From Candidatus Bathyarchaeia archaeon (lineage in GTDB: Archaea; Thermoproteota; Bathyarchaeia; Bathyarchaeales; Bathycorpusculaceae): DNA of 64,000 bases. The position numbers were made by a program, and so were the translations under genes. Under the pieces are notes generated by a model. It worked only from the letters and a program-made list of their open reading frames with translations. It was not told the origin of the DNA and made no database searches. Positions 46,716 to 55,801 of the stretch are shown here, one piece after another (the first letter of the stretch is position 1; each line of letters opens with the position of its first letter). The DNA lies in NCBI GenBank assembly GCA_049512935.1, contig JBEKWR010000001.1, positions 96,001 through 160,000 on the forward strand, in the 5' to 3' direction.

Positions 46716-47588
46716 ATGTTTGTTCCACGGAAAATCCTTGAAGAGAAGCTTAGGCAAATCCTCGCTGACGACATCGGGCTAGGCGACGTCACAGCCCAAA
46801 CGGTTATTCCCGCAAACCTGATTGCTGAGGCGGTGGTTGTCGCGAAAGAGGAAGGTGTCGCTGCGGGAATTGAGGAGGCAACTGTTCTTGCGGAGAGTCT
46901 GGACTTAAAAGTCAAGGCTAAAGTTGTTGACGGCGAAAAAATCAAAAACAAACAGGTGCTGATGGAAATTTCAGGTGACGCAAGAACCATCCTGTCGGCT
47001 GAGAGGACTATACTGAACATTGTTTCGAGGATGAGCGGAATCGCGACGGCTACTCGAACCTTAACTGAGAAGCTTCAAAATGCAGGCTTCAAAGCCAAGA
47101 TTGCCGCGACGCGTAAGTCGGCGCCTGGACTGCTCTATTTTGATAAGAGGGCGGTAGTCATAGGCGGCGGTGACCCGCATAGGCTTCACTTGGACGACAT
47201 GGTGCTGATTAAAGACAACCACGTCGCCATTGTCGGTAGCCCCGAAGAGGCAGTGAAAAAGGCGAGGGCGAACGTTTCTTTCACCAAGAAAATCGAGGTC
47301 GAAGTGACCAAGGTTTCAGACGTTTTGAAGGTTGCGCAGGCTGGGGCAGACGCAGTTATGCTTGACAACTTCTCTATCGAGCAGGTTAAAGAAGCGGCGG
47401 ATTTGCTGGAGAAGGCAGGTTTTTTGGGCAAGGTGGTTTTAGAGGCAAGCGGCGGAATCACGGCTGAAGACATACTTGATTACGCGGCGGCAAAGGTCGA
47501 CGTCATCAGCATAGGTCACTTGACGCACAGCGTTAAAGCGTTAGACGCCAGTTTGGAAATCGTTCAAACGCATGTTAAAAGCGCTTAG
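46716..47588 (+). CDS. nadC: Nicotinate-nucleotide pyrophosphorylase (QPRTase)
   Basis: ATRK, HRLHLDD.VLIKDNH, IEVEV, MLDN, EASGGI. Confidence 0.96.
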   Translation: MFVPRKILEEKLRQILADDIGLGDVTAQTVIPANLIAEAVVVAKEEGVAAGIEEATVLAESLDLKVKAKVVDGEKIKNKQVLMEISGDARTILSAERTILNIVSRMSGIATATRTLTEKLQNAGFKAKIAATRKSAPGLLYFDKRAVVIGGGDPHRLHLDDMVLIKDNHVAIVGSPEEAVKKARANVSFTKKIEVEVTKVSDVLKVAQAGADAVMLDNFSIEQVKEAADLLEKAGFLGKVVLEASGGITAEDILDYAAAKVDVISIGHLTHSVKALDASLEIVQTHVKSA

Positions 47589-48139
47589 ACTCCGATTGAT
47601 ATGAGCCACGCTTCAATAATTGCCCCCAAGGCAAGCAAGCCAGCGCAGACACCTATTAAAATGGCTGTGTTTTTGAATTCCCGGAATCGTTTCTGCAGCA
47701 GCCTGCGAATTAGCCAGACGCTTTCGCTGATGGCGATGGAGTAAGATATGAATTCTAACCAGAAGAAAGGAAGAATTAATAAAAGCAGAAGGTAAAATAC
47801 TGAAGGTACGCCTTGCAGCAGAGATTCAGCGCCGAGAATGTATCCTGTGTAGCTGAACGAGATCAAGCCAAATATGGGTCCGATGATGGGGATGAACATT
47901 ATGAGGCAAATTCTGAAGTTGTTCAAAAAGATGTACTGAGGCAGCGTTCCCGAGTTTTTGTTTTGCTGCGCCGTTTGATTTATGGGATTAACCAGTTGCT
48001 GGGCAGCTTGATGACTGATCGGCACTAAAGACCCGATAAGAGTTAAGAGGAAAGCGACTATGAAAACGAAAATGGCCGAGTAGATTCTTTTTCTCCGCGT
48101 CGATGCTTTGGTCCAAAAGGACAAATCAAGCTTCACCAT
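47585..48139 (-). CDS. SpoIIM/DUF95 family membrane protein
   Basis: IFLNN, LP...LE, GAIIEA. Confidence 0.85.
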   Translation of the reverse strand: MVKLDLSFWTKASTRRKRIYSAIFVFIVAFLLTLIGSLVPISHQAAQQLVNPINQTAQQNKNSGTLPQYIFLNNFRICLIMFIPIIGPIFGLISFSYTGYILGAESLLQGVPSVFYLLLLLILPFFWLEFISYSIAISESVWLIRRLLQKRFREFKNTAILIGVCAGLLALGAIIEAWLISIGV

Positions 48140-48151
48140 TCAACCTTCCCT

Positions 48152-48844
48152 TCAGCTCTTAGGCTCAATTTTTAAGGCACGAAACCCCCGTGCAGAAGGG
48201 TTTAACGTTTCTGTGAATTTAACCTTTTTTAAGACGCTCTCAGCGTCGACAGCGTATCCGCGAACGTCATGCTCAGCCGCCATAAGCGAATGGAGATAAA
48301 CTTGGTTTTCTTGGGTCCTCGGCTGGCACATCATAGGTAAACCCAACAGGACAGGCTTGCCTTCATCCACCACTTTCTTGCAGGCAAACAGAATCGCTTC
48401 TGACCCAGCTGTTAACTCGGCAATCCTCACTGGAACGCTTTCTTTGCCGATAGCGAACATGTCGACGCCGTGAACCCGTTTTATTTCGCCAGCGATTTTC
48501 CTCAGCCTCGGCAAAATCTTAAGGATGTTCTGCCTCCCAGTTCTCGACACACGCAGGTTTACAAGCTCAACTGGCGATAACTCTTCAATTGACACGCCGC
48601 CAAGCGTCAAATCCAAATGCACAACGTCGGCTTTCATCTTGTCCAGCAGGCTTCTGCAAAGCTCAGCCTCATGAACCACAACTTCAAAGTCGCCGTCGAC
48701 TTCCCTGAATATCGGTTCAGCCAACCTGTAAGACGGCTCCCTGTAAGGTGGGTTAACAAGCACCGAAACGGAAGCTACAAGGTATCGGGGCTTGAATTCC
48801 TCGTCAAGAATTGCCGCAGCTGAATCCGCCGAAATAACCCTCAA
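48152..48844 (-). CDS. DUF4152-like protein
   Basis: ISADSAAAIL, V.PPYRE, VHLD, GKES.PVRIAEL, LGLP. Confidence 0.75.
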   Translation of the reverse strand: MRVISADSAAAILDEEFKPRYLVASVSVLVNPPYREPSYRLAEPIFREVDGDFEVVVHEAELCRSLLDKMKADVVHLDLTLGGVSIEELSPVELVNLRVSRTGRQNILKILPRLRKIAGEIKRVHGVDMFAIGKESVPVRIAELTAGSEAILFACKKVVDEGKPVLLGLPMMCQPRTQENQVYLHSLMAAEHDVRGYAVDAESVLKKVKFTETLNPSARGFRALKIEPKS

Positions 48845-48909
48845 GTCTTCACCTACCGAACCTTAAGTGTCGAGGGTAAAAAAATAGGTTGCTGAAAAAG
48901 CGCTTGTGG

Positions 48910-49515
48910 CTACTTTAAGCCTAAAGCCAAAATGTACATTTCTGAGCTTTTTGCGCGGCTTGCCTGAGGCTTCACAAGCATAACCGTTTCGAAGCTGGCT
49001 TTCACGGTTTGAATGTACTCGTCAAGCAGGCCTCCTTGGAAGACCTTCACAAAAAAGTTTCCCCCTGGATGCAGCAAGCACTGGGCGATTCCCAACGCTC
49101 TCGTGGCTAAGTCGATTTGCCTCGCATGATCGACCTCCCACACGCCAGTGATGTTTGGCGCGGCATCAGAGATCACCGCGTCTGCTTTGCGCGGCAAGAA
49201 AGAGACGATTTGCTGAACAATGTCTGGGTCAGTCATGTCCGCGATTATTGTTCGAATGTACTCCTGAGTGAAAGGCTCGATTGGTTTAAGGTCCACGCCT
49301 AAAACATAACCGTGTTTCCCAGTCATTTTCCTTGCCGCTTGGATCCATCCGCCTGGAGCAGCGCCCAAATCGACCACTACGTCGTTTCTTTTTATGAACT
49401 GGTACTTCTCGTTGGCTTGAACAAGCTTGTACGTGGCTCTTGAACGGTAGTTTTCTTCTTTAGCTTTCTTGTAGTAGAATTCCTTTTTTCTATCTTGAAT
49501 CCAAGCCTTCGGCAA
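48910..49515 (-). CDS. rlmE: 23S rRNA (uridine-2'-O)-methyltransferase RlmE/FtsJ
   Basis: YRSRATYKL, DLGAAPGGW, ISDAAP, KP.ASR..SSEMY. Confidence 0.95.
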   Translation of the reverse strand: MPKAWIQDRKKEFYYKKAKEENYRSRATYKLVQANEKYQFIKRNDVVVDLGAAPGGWIQAARKMTGKHGYVLGVDLKPIEPFTQEYIRTIIADMTDPDIVQQIVSFLPRKADAVISDAAPNITGVWEVDHARQIDLATRALGIAQCLLHPGGNFFVKVFQGGLLDEYIQTVKASFETVMLVKPQASRAKSSEMYILALGLK

Positions 49516-49948
49516 CGGAGTTGTCAGCCCCCTCTATGTCTTGCAATTTTGGATCAGGAACCGGTGCTGCGGGTGCTGCTGTAGATGCCGCGGTGGCTTC
49601 TTTTCCCAAGGAAAGTATCCAGTCGGTGAGTCTGGGGCAGCTTTTAGGAGAAATCGCCGTGGTCGGGTCGCATCTTGCGTTGTCTGGGCACAGTAAGCAT
49701 GGGCAGTCAATTATGGTTTCTATAGATGCAGGCAGTCTTTTGGGGTACAGCCGATAGGTCCACCTGCCTTCCTGAAGCTCTTTTTCCCGTCGGATTAACC
49801 CTTTCTCCTCCAGCTTGATGGAGACTCTTGAGCCTTCGCGGCTGCTTGCGCCCAGTTCGCGCCATAAGTCTGACTGAAGCACGCCTTGATAACCCGTGTT
49901 TACCACATAATGGAGTGCTTTCTGTTCAAGGTCATTACGTTTAGGCAT
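49490..49948 (-). CDS. TFE-beta / Rpc34-like transcription factor (wHTH plus 4Fe-4S domain)
   Basis: GVLQSDLWREL..LEEKGLIRRE..TY; C-terminal PCLLCP...C......SP..C..L.DW. Confidence 0.8.
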   Translation of the reverse strand: MPKRNDLEQKALHYVVNTGYQGVLQSDLWRELGASSREGSRVSIKLEEKGLIRREKELQEGRWTYRLYPKRLPASIETIIDCPCLLCPDNARCDPTTAISPKSCPRLTDWILSLGKEATAASTAAPAAPVPDPKLQDIEGADNSVAEGLDSR

Positions 49949-50031
49949 CTACGATCAATTCCAAATAATGCAATTAGATATAAGCGTTGAATCCAAATAA
50001 AAATATGTATCCCCCGAAAAACGTGAAATCC

Positions 50032-51063
50032 ATGAACAACATGCCAGCAGACCCGAAAAACGAGGAAAGTTACTGTTTAGGAATTGAGTCTTCAGCAGAC
50101 GACTTCGGCGTCGGCGTAGCCACGTTTAAAGGCGAGATACTGGCCAACAAATCCGACAGTTACATTCCAGCGGAGGGCGGAATTCATCCCCGTGAAGCCG
50201 CGAGACACCACGCTGAAGTTGCGGATAAAGTGGTGAAAGACGCTTTAACCGCGGCAGGCATCAAACCTCGTGACCTGTCAGTTATCGCTTTTTCGCAAGG
50301 TCCAGGTTTAGGTCCGAGCCTGCGCACGGGAGCCACCGTCGCCCGCGCCTTAGCCTCTTACCTTGAGATTCCCCTCGTCGGCGTTAACCATTCTGTGGCT
50401 CACATCGAGATCGGCAAATTGAAAACGGGCGTGGTTGACCCGGTGACGCTTTACGTTTCAGGCGGCAACACCATGGTGACCGCTTTTGAAGCTGGACGCT
50501 ACAGGGTCTTCGGCGAAACGCTGGACATCGCGCTTGGAAACTGCCTGGACGTTTTCGCTCGGGAAGCAGGACTTAGGCACCGCAAAGGTCTGCCGCTTGG
50601 CGCCGCCGTGGAGCAGTTGGCAGCTAAAGGAAAAAACCTGGTTTCTTTGCCGTACGTGGTGAAGGGCATGGATTTGTCCCTCAGCGGCTTGTTGACGGCG
50701 GCAACTGCGATGCTTCAGAAGGGCTGCCCATTGGAGGATTTGTGTTACAGTTTGCAGGAAACCGCGTTTTCGATGGTTACCGAGGTTACGGAGCGGGCGC
50801 TGGCGCACACGGAGAAGCGGGAGGTTTTGTTAACGGGCGGGGTGGCGGCTAATAAGCGGCTGCAATCTATGCTCGGCGTCATCGCGGAGGAGCATGATGC
50901 AGTTTTTCACGTGGTTCCGCTTGAGTTCGCCACTGACAACGGCGCCATGATTGCTTGGACAGGGGTTTTAGCCTACACGCACGGGTTGACTACGCCTTTG
51001 GCTGAGAGTTACGTGAAGCTTCGGTGGCGGGTAGACAAGGTGGATGTGCCATGGATACGTTAG
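50032..51063 (+). CDS. kae1: KEOPS t6A synthase Kae1
   Basis: GGIHP, GPGLGP, VNHSVAHIE, YVSGGNT, GETLD, GGVAAN, DNGAMIA. Confidence 0.96.
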   Translation: MNNMPADPKNEESYCLGIESSADDFGVGVATFKGEILANKSDSYIPAEGGIHPREAARHHAEVADKVVKDALTAAGIKPRDLSVIAFSQGPGLGPSLRTGATVARALASYLEIPLVGVNHSVAHIEIGKLKTGVVDPVTLYVSGGNTMVTAFEAGRYRVFGETLDIALGNCLDVFAREAGLRHRKGLPLGAAVEQLAAKGKNLVSLPYVVKGMDLSLSGLLTAATAMLQKGCPLEDLCYSLQETAFSMVTEVTERALAHTEKREVLLTGGVAANKRLQSMLGVIAEEHDAVFHVVPLEFATDNGAMIAWTGVLAYTHGLTTPLAESYVKLRWRVDKVDVPWIR

Positions 51064-51710
51064 GCGCTCGGCGGCTGATGAAGAAGGGCGCGGAAGCCAG
51101 CCTCTATCTAGCCGAGTGGCATGGACTGAAAGTTGTCGTTAAAGTGCGGATTCCAAAGAAATATCGTCCGCCAGCATTGGACGTGCAGATTCGAACGTAC
51201 CGCACGGTTCACGAGCCGCAGCTGATGCATGAAGCCAAAGCCGCGGAGGTGCCGACGCCGCTGATCTACATGGTTAACGTTCCCGAAGCCTCCATCACCA
51301 TGCAGTACATTGAAGGGCAACAGATTAAGCAGCTTCTAAACAGGGCTCCAGAAGAGACGCGGCACGAACTCTGCATGAAAATAGGCGACTTAATCGGGAA
51401 ACTTCACAGGCAAGGCTTAATCCACGGCGACCTGACAACCTCAAACATGATCCTCAGCCCAGAAGGCAAAATTTACTTCATTGACTTCGGCTTAGGCGAA
51501 AAAAACAGCGAGGTTGAAGCGCAGGGTGTGGATTTGCATCTGATGAAGCGCGCACTGCAGAGCACACATTACATGTTCTGGGAAGAATGCTTCAAAAACG
51601 TCCTTTCCGGGTACTCCTGCGTTGTAGGCGCAGATTCGGCGGAAAAGGTTTATGAGAAAATCCGTGAAATAGAGAGGCGTGGCCGCTATGTCGAAGAAAG
51701 AAAACAGTAA
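51051..51710 (+). CDS. bud32: KEOPS kinase/ATPase Bud32
   Basis: KGAEA, HGDLTTSN, IDFGL, RGRY. Confidence 0.96.
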   Translation: MDTLGARRLMKKGAEASLYLAEWHGLKVVVKVRIPKKYRPPALDVQIRTYRTVHEPQLMHEAKAAEVPTPLIYMVNVPEASITMQYIEGQQIKQLLNRAPEETRHELCMKIGDLIGKLHRQGLIHGDLTTSNMILSPEGKIYFIDFGLGEKNSEVEAQGVDLHLMKRALQSTHYMFWEECFKNVLSGYSCVVGADSAEKVYEKIREIERRGRYVEERKQ

Positions 51711-52320
51711 CGCAAGCTGCGTTCTAAACGGAAAGATCGTTTTTTTCGCCACGGGCAACATCAACAAATTCAACGAGGCGCGAGTCATTGTCGGCTCTTA
51801 CGGCTTGGCAGTTGCGATGCTACGCGTGAAAGGCGAGGAAATCCAGAGCGACAGGCTGCAGGACATTGCAAAGGCAAGCGTCATAAACGCGTTTAAGGCA
51901 AGTGGACTGCCCATTTTCGTGGAGGACGCAGGCTTATTCATCGAGGCGCTCGGCGGTTTCCCAGGTCCCTACGCGGCCTACGTTTACAAGACCATCCACA
52001 ACGGCGGCATCTTGAAGCTGATGAAAGATGCAGAGGACAGGCATGCCAAGTTCCAGTCAGTAATAGCCTACCTTGACGAAAACCAGCCCGAACCCCGATG
52101 CTTCGAGGGTGAATCAGACGGGGAAATAACCTTAACTGAGCGTAAGCGGCAGGGAAAAGCTGCGTTCGGTTTTGACCCGATTTTTCAGCCAGACGGCAGC
52201 GGCAAAGCCTTTGCGGAAATGACTATTGAGGAGAAGAACGGGTTTTCGCACAGGGCCAAGGCTATTCGCAAGTTTGCTGAATGGTACAAGCAGACGTTGA
52301 ATTCGCCGGGTAAAGAGTAG
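51688..52320 (+). CDS. rdgB: XTP/dITP diphosphatase (Ham1)
   Basis: ATGNINK, EDAGL, GFPGPY, FGFDPIF, EKN..SHR. Confidence 0.95.
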   Translation: MSKKENSNASCVLNGKIVFFATGNINKFNEARVIVGSYGLAVAMLRVKGEEIQSDRLQDIAKASVINAFKASGLPIFVEDAGLFIEALGGFPGPYAAYVYKTIHNGGILKLMKDAEDRHAKFQSVIAYLDENQPEPRCFEGESDGEITLTERKRQGKAAFGFDPIFQPDGSGKAFAEMTIEEKNGFSHRAKAIRKFAEWYKQTLNSPGKE

Positions 52321-52480
52321 GCTTGAAATCCTGTTCAGAATGACGAGCCGTGCAGCTTAGTGCTGCTGTAATTTTTGGAAAGAAGAAAACAGTCCTTCAT
52401 CATTATCAAGAATAACGGGCAAGTCAGTAGACTTTACATTCTGCGGTGGAAAAAAATTAGTATCATCAACAACAAACAAC

Positions 52481-53185
52481 ATGGCGTTAATCAAAACTGG
52501 GCACTCTAAGCACAGCTCGAGAATGATGCAGAGGCAACGGCGGCACAGAATAAAAAACGTTATATCTGCAGAGCCACCGAATCTGAAAGCAGGGGACCAA
52601 GCATTGAGCAGAAAGACAAAGACAAACTTTAGCGTCGTCGGCGGGCTTGTAGCTTTGTGCGCCGTTATTTTGGTTGGGTCGGCAAGCCTGATCTTGGAGT
52701 ATTATACGCCCATGATAAATTCCAGGGATAACGAAATAGCGAACCAAACTGGCGAAATAGCCAGCATGAACGCAACCATTTCGAGCCTGAACAGCCAAAT
52801 AGCCAGCCTCAACAACCAGCTAACCAGCATTCAGTCAAAATACACCGCTAGCCTTGTCACCGCGCTTGGAGTCAAAGACCTCCCAGGCGGCGGAGCCAAC
52901 ACCACCGACCTCAATCACCTCTACATAACAGGCGCGGTAACCAACACGGGCATCACAACGGCTTATAACGCGGGCTTGCACGTTAACGGCTACGCAAGCG
53001 ACGACACGGTTCTCATCGACATAACCGTCCCGATCGCCTACTACGTTTCACAAGACGGCTTCACCAACGCAACTGGACTCACGACGATTTACCCGAGCCA
53101 ACAAGCAACAGCGGATATAAGCATAATTCACAGCGGCAACGTTACAACTTGGAATATAATACCCGTGTTTACAAATTCGCCCTAA
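52481..53185 (+). CDS. Membrane-anchored coiled-coil plus beta-sandwich hypothetical protein
   Basis: TM, heptad repeats (IASMNATISSLNSQIASLNNQL), G.VTNTG..TAYN; true start may be TTG 52604. Confidence 0.75.
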   Translation: MALIKTGHSKHSSRMMQRQRRHRIKNVISAEPPNLKAGDQALSRKTKTNFSVVGGLVALCAVILVGSASLILEYYTPMINSRDNEIANQTGEIASMNATISSLNSQIASLNNQLTSIQSKYTASLVTALGVKDLPGGGANTTDLNHLYITGAVTNTGITTAYNAGLHVNGYASDDTVLIDITVPIAYYVSQDGFTNATGLTTIYPSQQATADISIIHSGNVTTWNIIPVFTNSP

Positions 53186-53275
53186 AACCCAACATTCTTC
53201 ACCAATTTCAACGGTTTCTTAATCTTTGCATCTTGCTCATGTAGATTTCAAATTCGGAGTTCTTGATGACAAAAG

Positions 53276-53356
53276 CCCATCGATGAATCAAACTCGCACT
53301 CGTTGAAGGTCTCTCTAATCTGCGATGGCACCTGAGCACTCAACGCATCTGATGGG
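53276..53356 (+). ncRNA. Possible box C/D guide sRNA
   Basis: CCCA-tCGATGA (C-like) ... CTGA-TGGG (D) terminal stem; internal D'/C' degenerate; no target recognised. Confidence 0.25.
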
Positions 53357-53410
53357 ATTACTTTTAAATATTGGCGCGTTGTGGTTTAGGTGCAGTTTAA
53401 GGTGTAACAT

Positions 53411-53851
53411 TTGCCAAAGCAGGAAAAAGGAAAATCCCATTCAGTGCGTCCCGTAAGCCGAAGGCCACCAAGCTGGTGCAAGTATCAGCCTGAAGAAGTA
53501 GAATCATTCATCATCAAACTCGCCAAGGAAGGCCACTCAACCAGCAGCATAGGCACCATCCTAAGGGACCAGTACGCAATTCCCCTAGCAAAGCAGATAA
53601 TCGGCAAAAGCATAACCGACGTTCTGGAAAGCGCAGGATTAGCTCCAACTTTACCTGAGGACCTGTCAAACCTCATGAAGAAGGCACAAAGCCTCGCGGT
53701 TCACTTGGACAAGAACAAGAAGGACCTGCATAACAAACGCAACATGCAGATAATTGAGGCACAAATCCACAAGCTTTCACGCTACTACAAGCGCGAAGGC
53801 GTTTTGGCGAAGAACTGGAAGTACGAAGCAAAAATCGCGTCCGTAACCTAA
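53411..53851 (+). CDS. rps15: 30S ribosomal protein S15 (uS15)
   Basis: GKSHSVRP, IGTILRDQY, PEDL, HL..NKKD, L.RYYK. Confidence 0.97.
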   Translation: MPKQEKGKSHSVRPVSRRPPSWCKYQPEEVESFIIKLAKEGHSTSSIGTILRDQYAIPLAKQIIGKSITDVLESAGLAPTLPEDLSNLMKKAQSLAVHLDKNKKDLHNKRNMQIIEAQIHKLSRYYKREGVLAKNWKYEAKIASVT

Positions 53852-53944
53852 ACGCGGAAGCCTCACAATTTTAGCCATTTTCCATTTGTGGTTGATACGT
53901 AGCTTTAAATCTGTTCATGGCATTTTAGCCAAGAGTGAACAAGG

Positions 53945-55411
53945 ATGGCTGCAGAGCAAGCATCAATCGAACGCTTCTTGGCCTCAGCGTCGGAAGCAGC
54001 AAAAGTGATTTTGGAAACAGCCCAGAAAGACGGGTTCATACATGTTTTTTCACATCTCGACGCGGACGGCGTTGCAGCCGCAGGCGTGATGGGCAAGACG
54101 CTCTTCAGGCTTGACGCGAAGTTCAGAATCAGGATAACTCAGCAGCTTGACGAGAAAATCATCGGTGAAATAGTCGCTGACAAGCCCAAGCTTGTGATTT
54201 TAACGGATTTCGGCAGCGGTAACCTTGACTTGTTGAACGAGAAGATCCCTAACTTCAACGTCTTAATCCTTGACCATCACCAGGTTAACGGCGCGGTGAG
54301 CAAACCCAATTTCGTTCAGGTCAACCCTCACCTTTTCGGCATCGACGGTGCATCCGACGTTAGCGGTTCAGGCGTGGCTTACTTTGTCGCTAAAGCGGTT
54401 GACCCGTCGAACGTGGATTTGGCGCCTGTGGCGTTGGTGGGCGCATTAGGTGACATGCAGGACAAGTATGACCAGAGAAAACTGTGCAGCCTAAACGAGA
54501 TAATAGTCGACGACGGCGTCGCCGCTGGCTTGCTGAAAGTTGAGAAGGACTTAACATTCTTCGGCAGAGAAACCAGACCCATCCACAAAACACTGGCAAC
54601 CACAACCAACCCGTTTATTCCAGGGTTAAGCGGGGAAGAAGACAAAGCCTTAGTGTTCCTCGCAAGCTTAGACATCCCGATTAAGCAAGGTGACAGGTGG
54701 CGGGCGCTGTGCGACCTAACCGATACTGAGAGAAAACGGTTGTGCTCCGCGCTGGCAGATCACTTGTTGTCTAAGGGACTGCATATGGAAGTGGAAAACC
54801 TCATCGGGTACATTTACGTTTTGACCAAAGAAGAACCGAACACCGCCCTGCGCGACGCGAGAGAATTCGCGGTAGTGCTGAACTCGACGGGACGCATGGA
54901 CAGGCCAAGCTTGGGCATCGCCATCTGCATGGGTGACCGCAAAGCCGCCTTGGAGGAAGCAAACAAAATCCTTGAAGACTACCGCAGAAACATCAACAAG
55001 TACCTCGGGTGGGTTAACGAAAAACCCGAACGCATGCGTGAACTCCAAAACATCTACGTCATCAACGGCGAAAGCTTCATCAACGAAAAAATCATAGGAA
55101 CCATTTCATCCATAATCGTCTCAGGACTTGCCAGCAACGAAAAGCCGCTTATAGCCTTCGCAAACGTTGAAAAAGAACAGGCTGCCAAGTTTTCAGCGAG
55201 AACAACTGAGGCAGCGATCCGAAAAGGCGTAAACCTGGGTGAAGTCATGCGGTTGGCTTCAGAGGCAAACGGCGGCAAAGGCGGAGGGCACAACATTGCT
55301 GCAGGGGCACAGGTGCCTCTGGACAGGGTTGAGGTTTTTGTTAAGGCGGTTGATGAACTGGTTGGCAAACAGTTGAAGGGTGAAAAGATTGGAAGCAACA
55401 TTGACACTTGA
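53945..55411 (+). CDS. RecJ/Cdc45-like DHH phosphoesterase
   Basis: SHLDADG, LTDFG, LDHH, GALGD, GGGHNIAAGA; conserved rps15-DHH-pcc1 order. Confidence 0.93.
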   Translation: MAAEQASIERFLASASEAAKVILETAQKDGFIHVFSHLDADGVAAAGVMGKTLFRLDAKFRIRITQQLDEKIIGEIVADKPKLVILTDFGSGNLDLLNEKIPNFNVLILDHHQVNGAVSKPNFVQVNPHLFGIDGASDVSGSGVAYFVAKAVDPSNVDLAPVALVGALGDMQDKYDQRKLCSLNEIIVDDGVAAGLLKVEKDLTFFGRETRPIHKTLATTTNPFIPGLSGEEDKALVFLASLDIPIKQGDRWRALCDLTDTERKRLCSALADHLLSKGLHMEVENLIGYIYVLTKEEPNTALRDAREFAVVLNSTGRMDRPSLGIAICMGDRKAALEEANKILEDYRRNINKYLGWVNEKPERMRELQNIYVINGESFINEKIIGTISSIIVSGLASNEKPLIAFANVEKEQAAKFSARTTEAAIRKGVNLGEVMRLASEANGGKGGGHNIAAGAQVPLDRVEVFVKAVDELVGKQLKGEKIGSNIDT

Positions 55412-55634
55412 GTACGAAGACGAGAAGATCGCCAAGGCAGTTGCCGACGCGGTTTCGCCAGACAACTTCAAAACGCCGCTTGGACTGACCGTAAAAACGC
55501 TCAGGAAAAAGGGGAAAGTGACAACGACGATTCAATGCCAAGATAAACTCGCCACCTTTACTGCGACGATCGACGATCTGCTTTTCAGTGCAACCACAGC
55601 CGAAAAAACGCTTAAGGCAGTAGGGAAAATCTAG
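55380..55634 (+). CDS. pcc1: KEOPS subunit Pcc1
   Basis: A..V..AVSPDN, F.ATIDDLL; gene context. Confidence 0.85.
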   Translation: MKRLEATLTLEYEDEKIAKAVADAVSPDNFKTPLGLTVKTLRKKGKVTTTIQCQDKLATFTATIDDLLFSATTAEKTLKAVGKI

Positions 55635-55801
55635 AAGACGATTCTCAAAGGCGCAATGAACTCGCTCGCTTGCGAATTTGAGCTTTTCTCAGACTTAATT
55701 CTGGTTTTTTAACTCAAGCTCTAAATACAACCTGCTTTACTGTAAGGTAAATAAATAAGCGAACACAACATTTAAGAAAATTACCAATTGGGTGCATTTA
55801 G

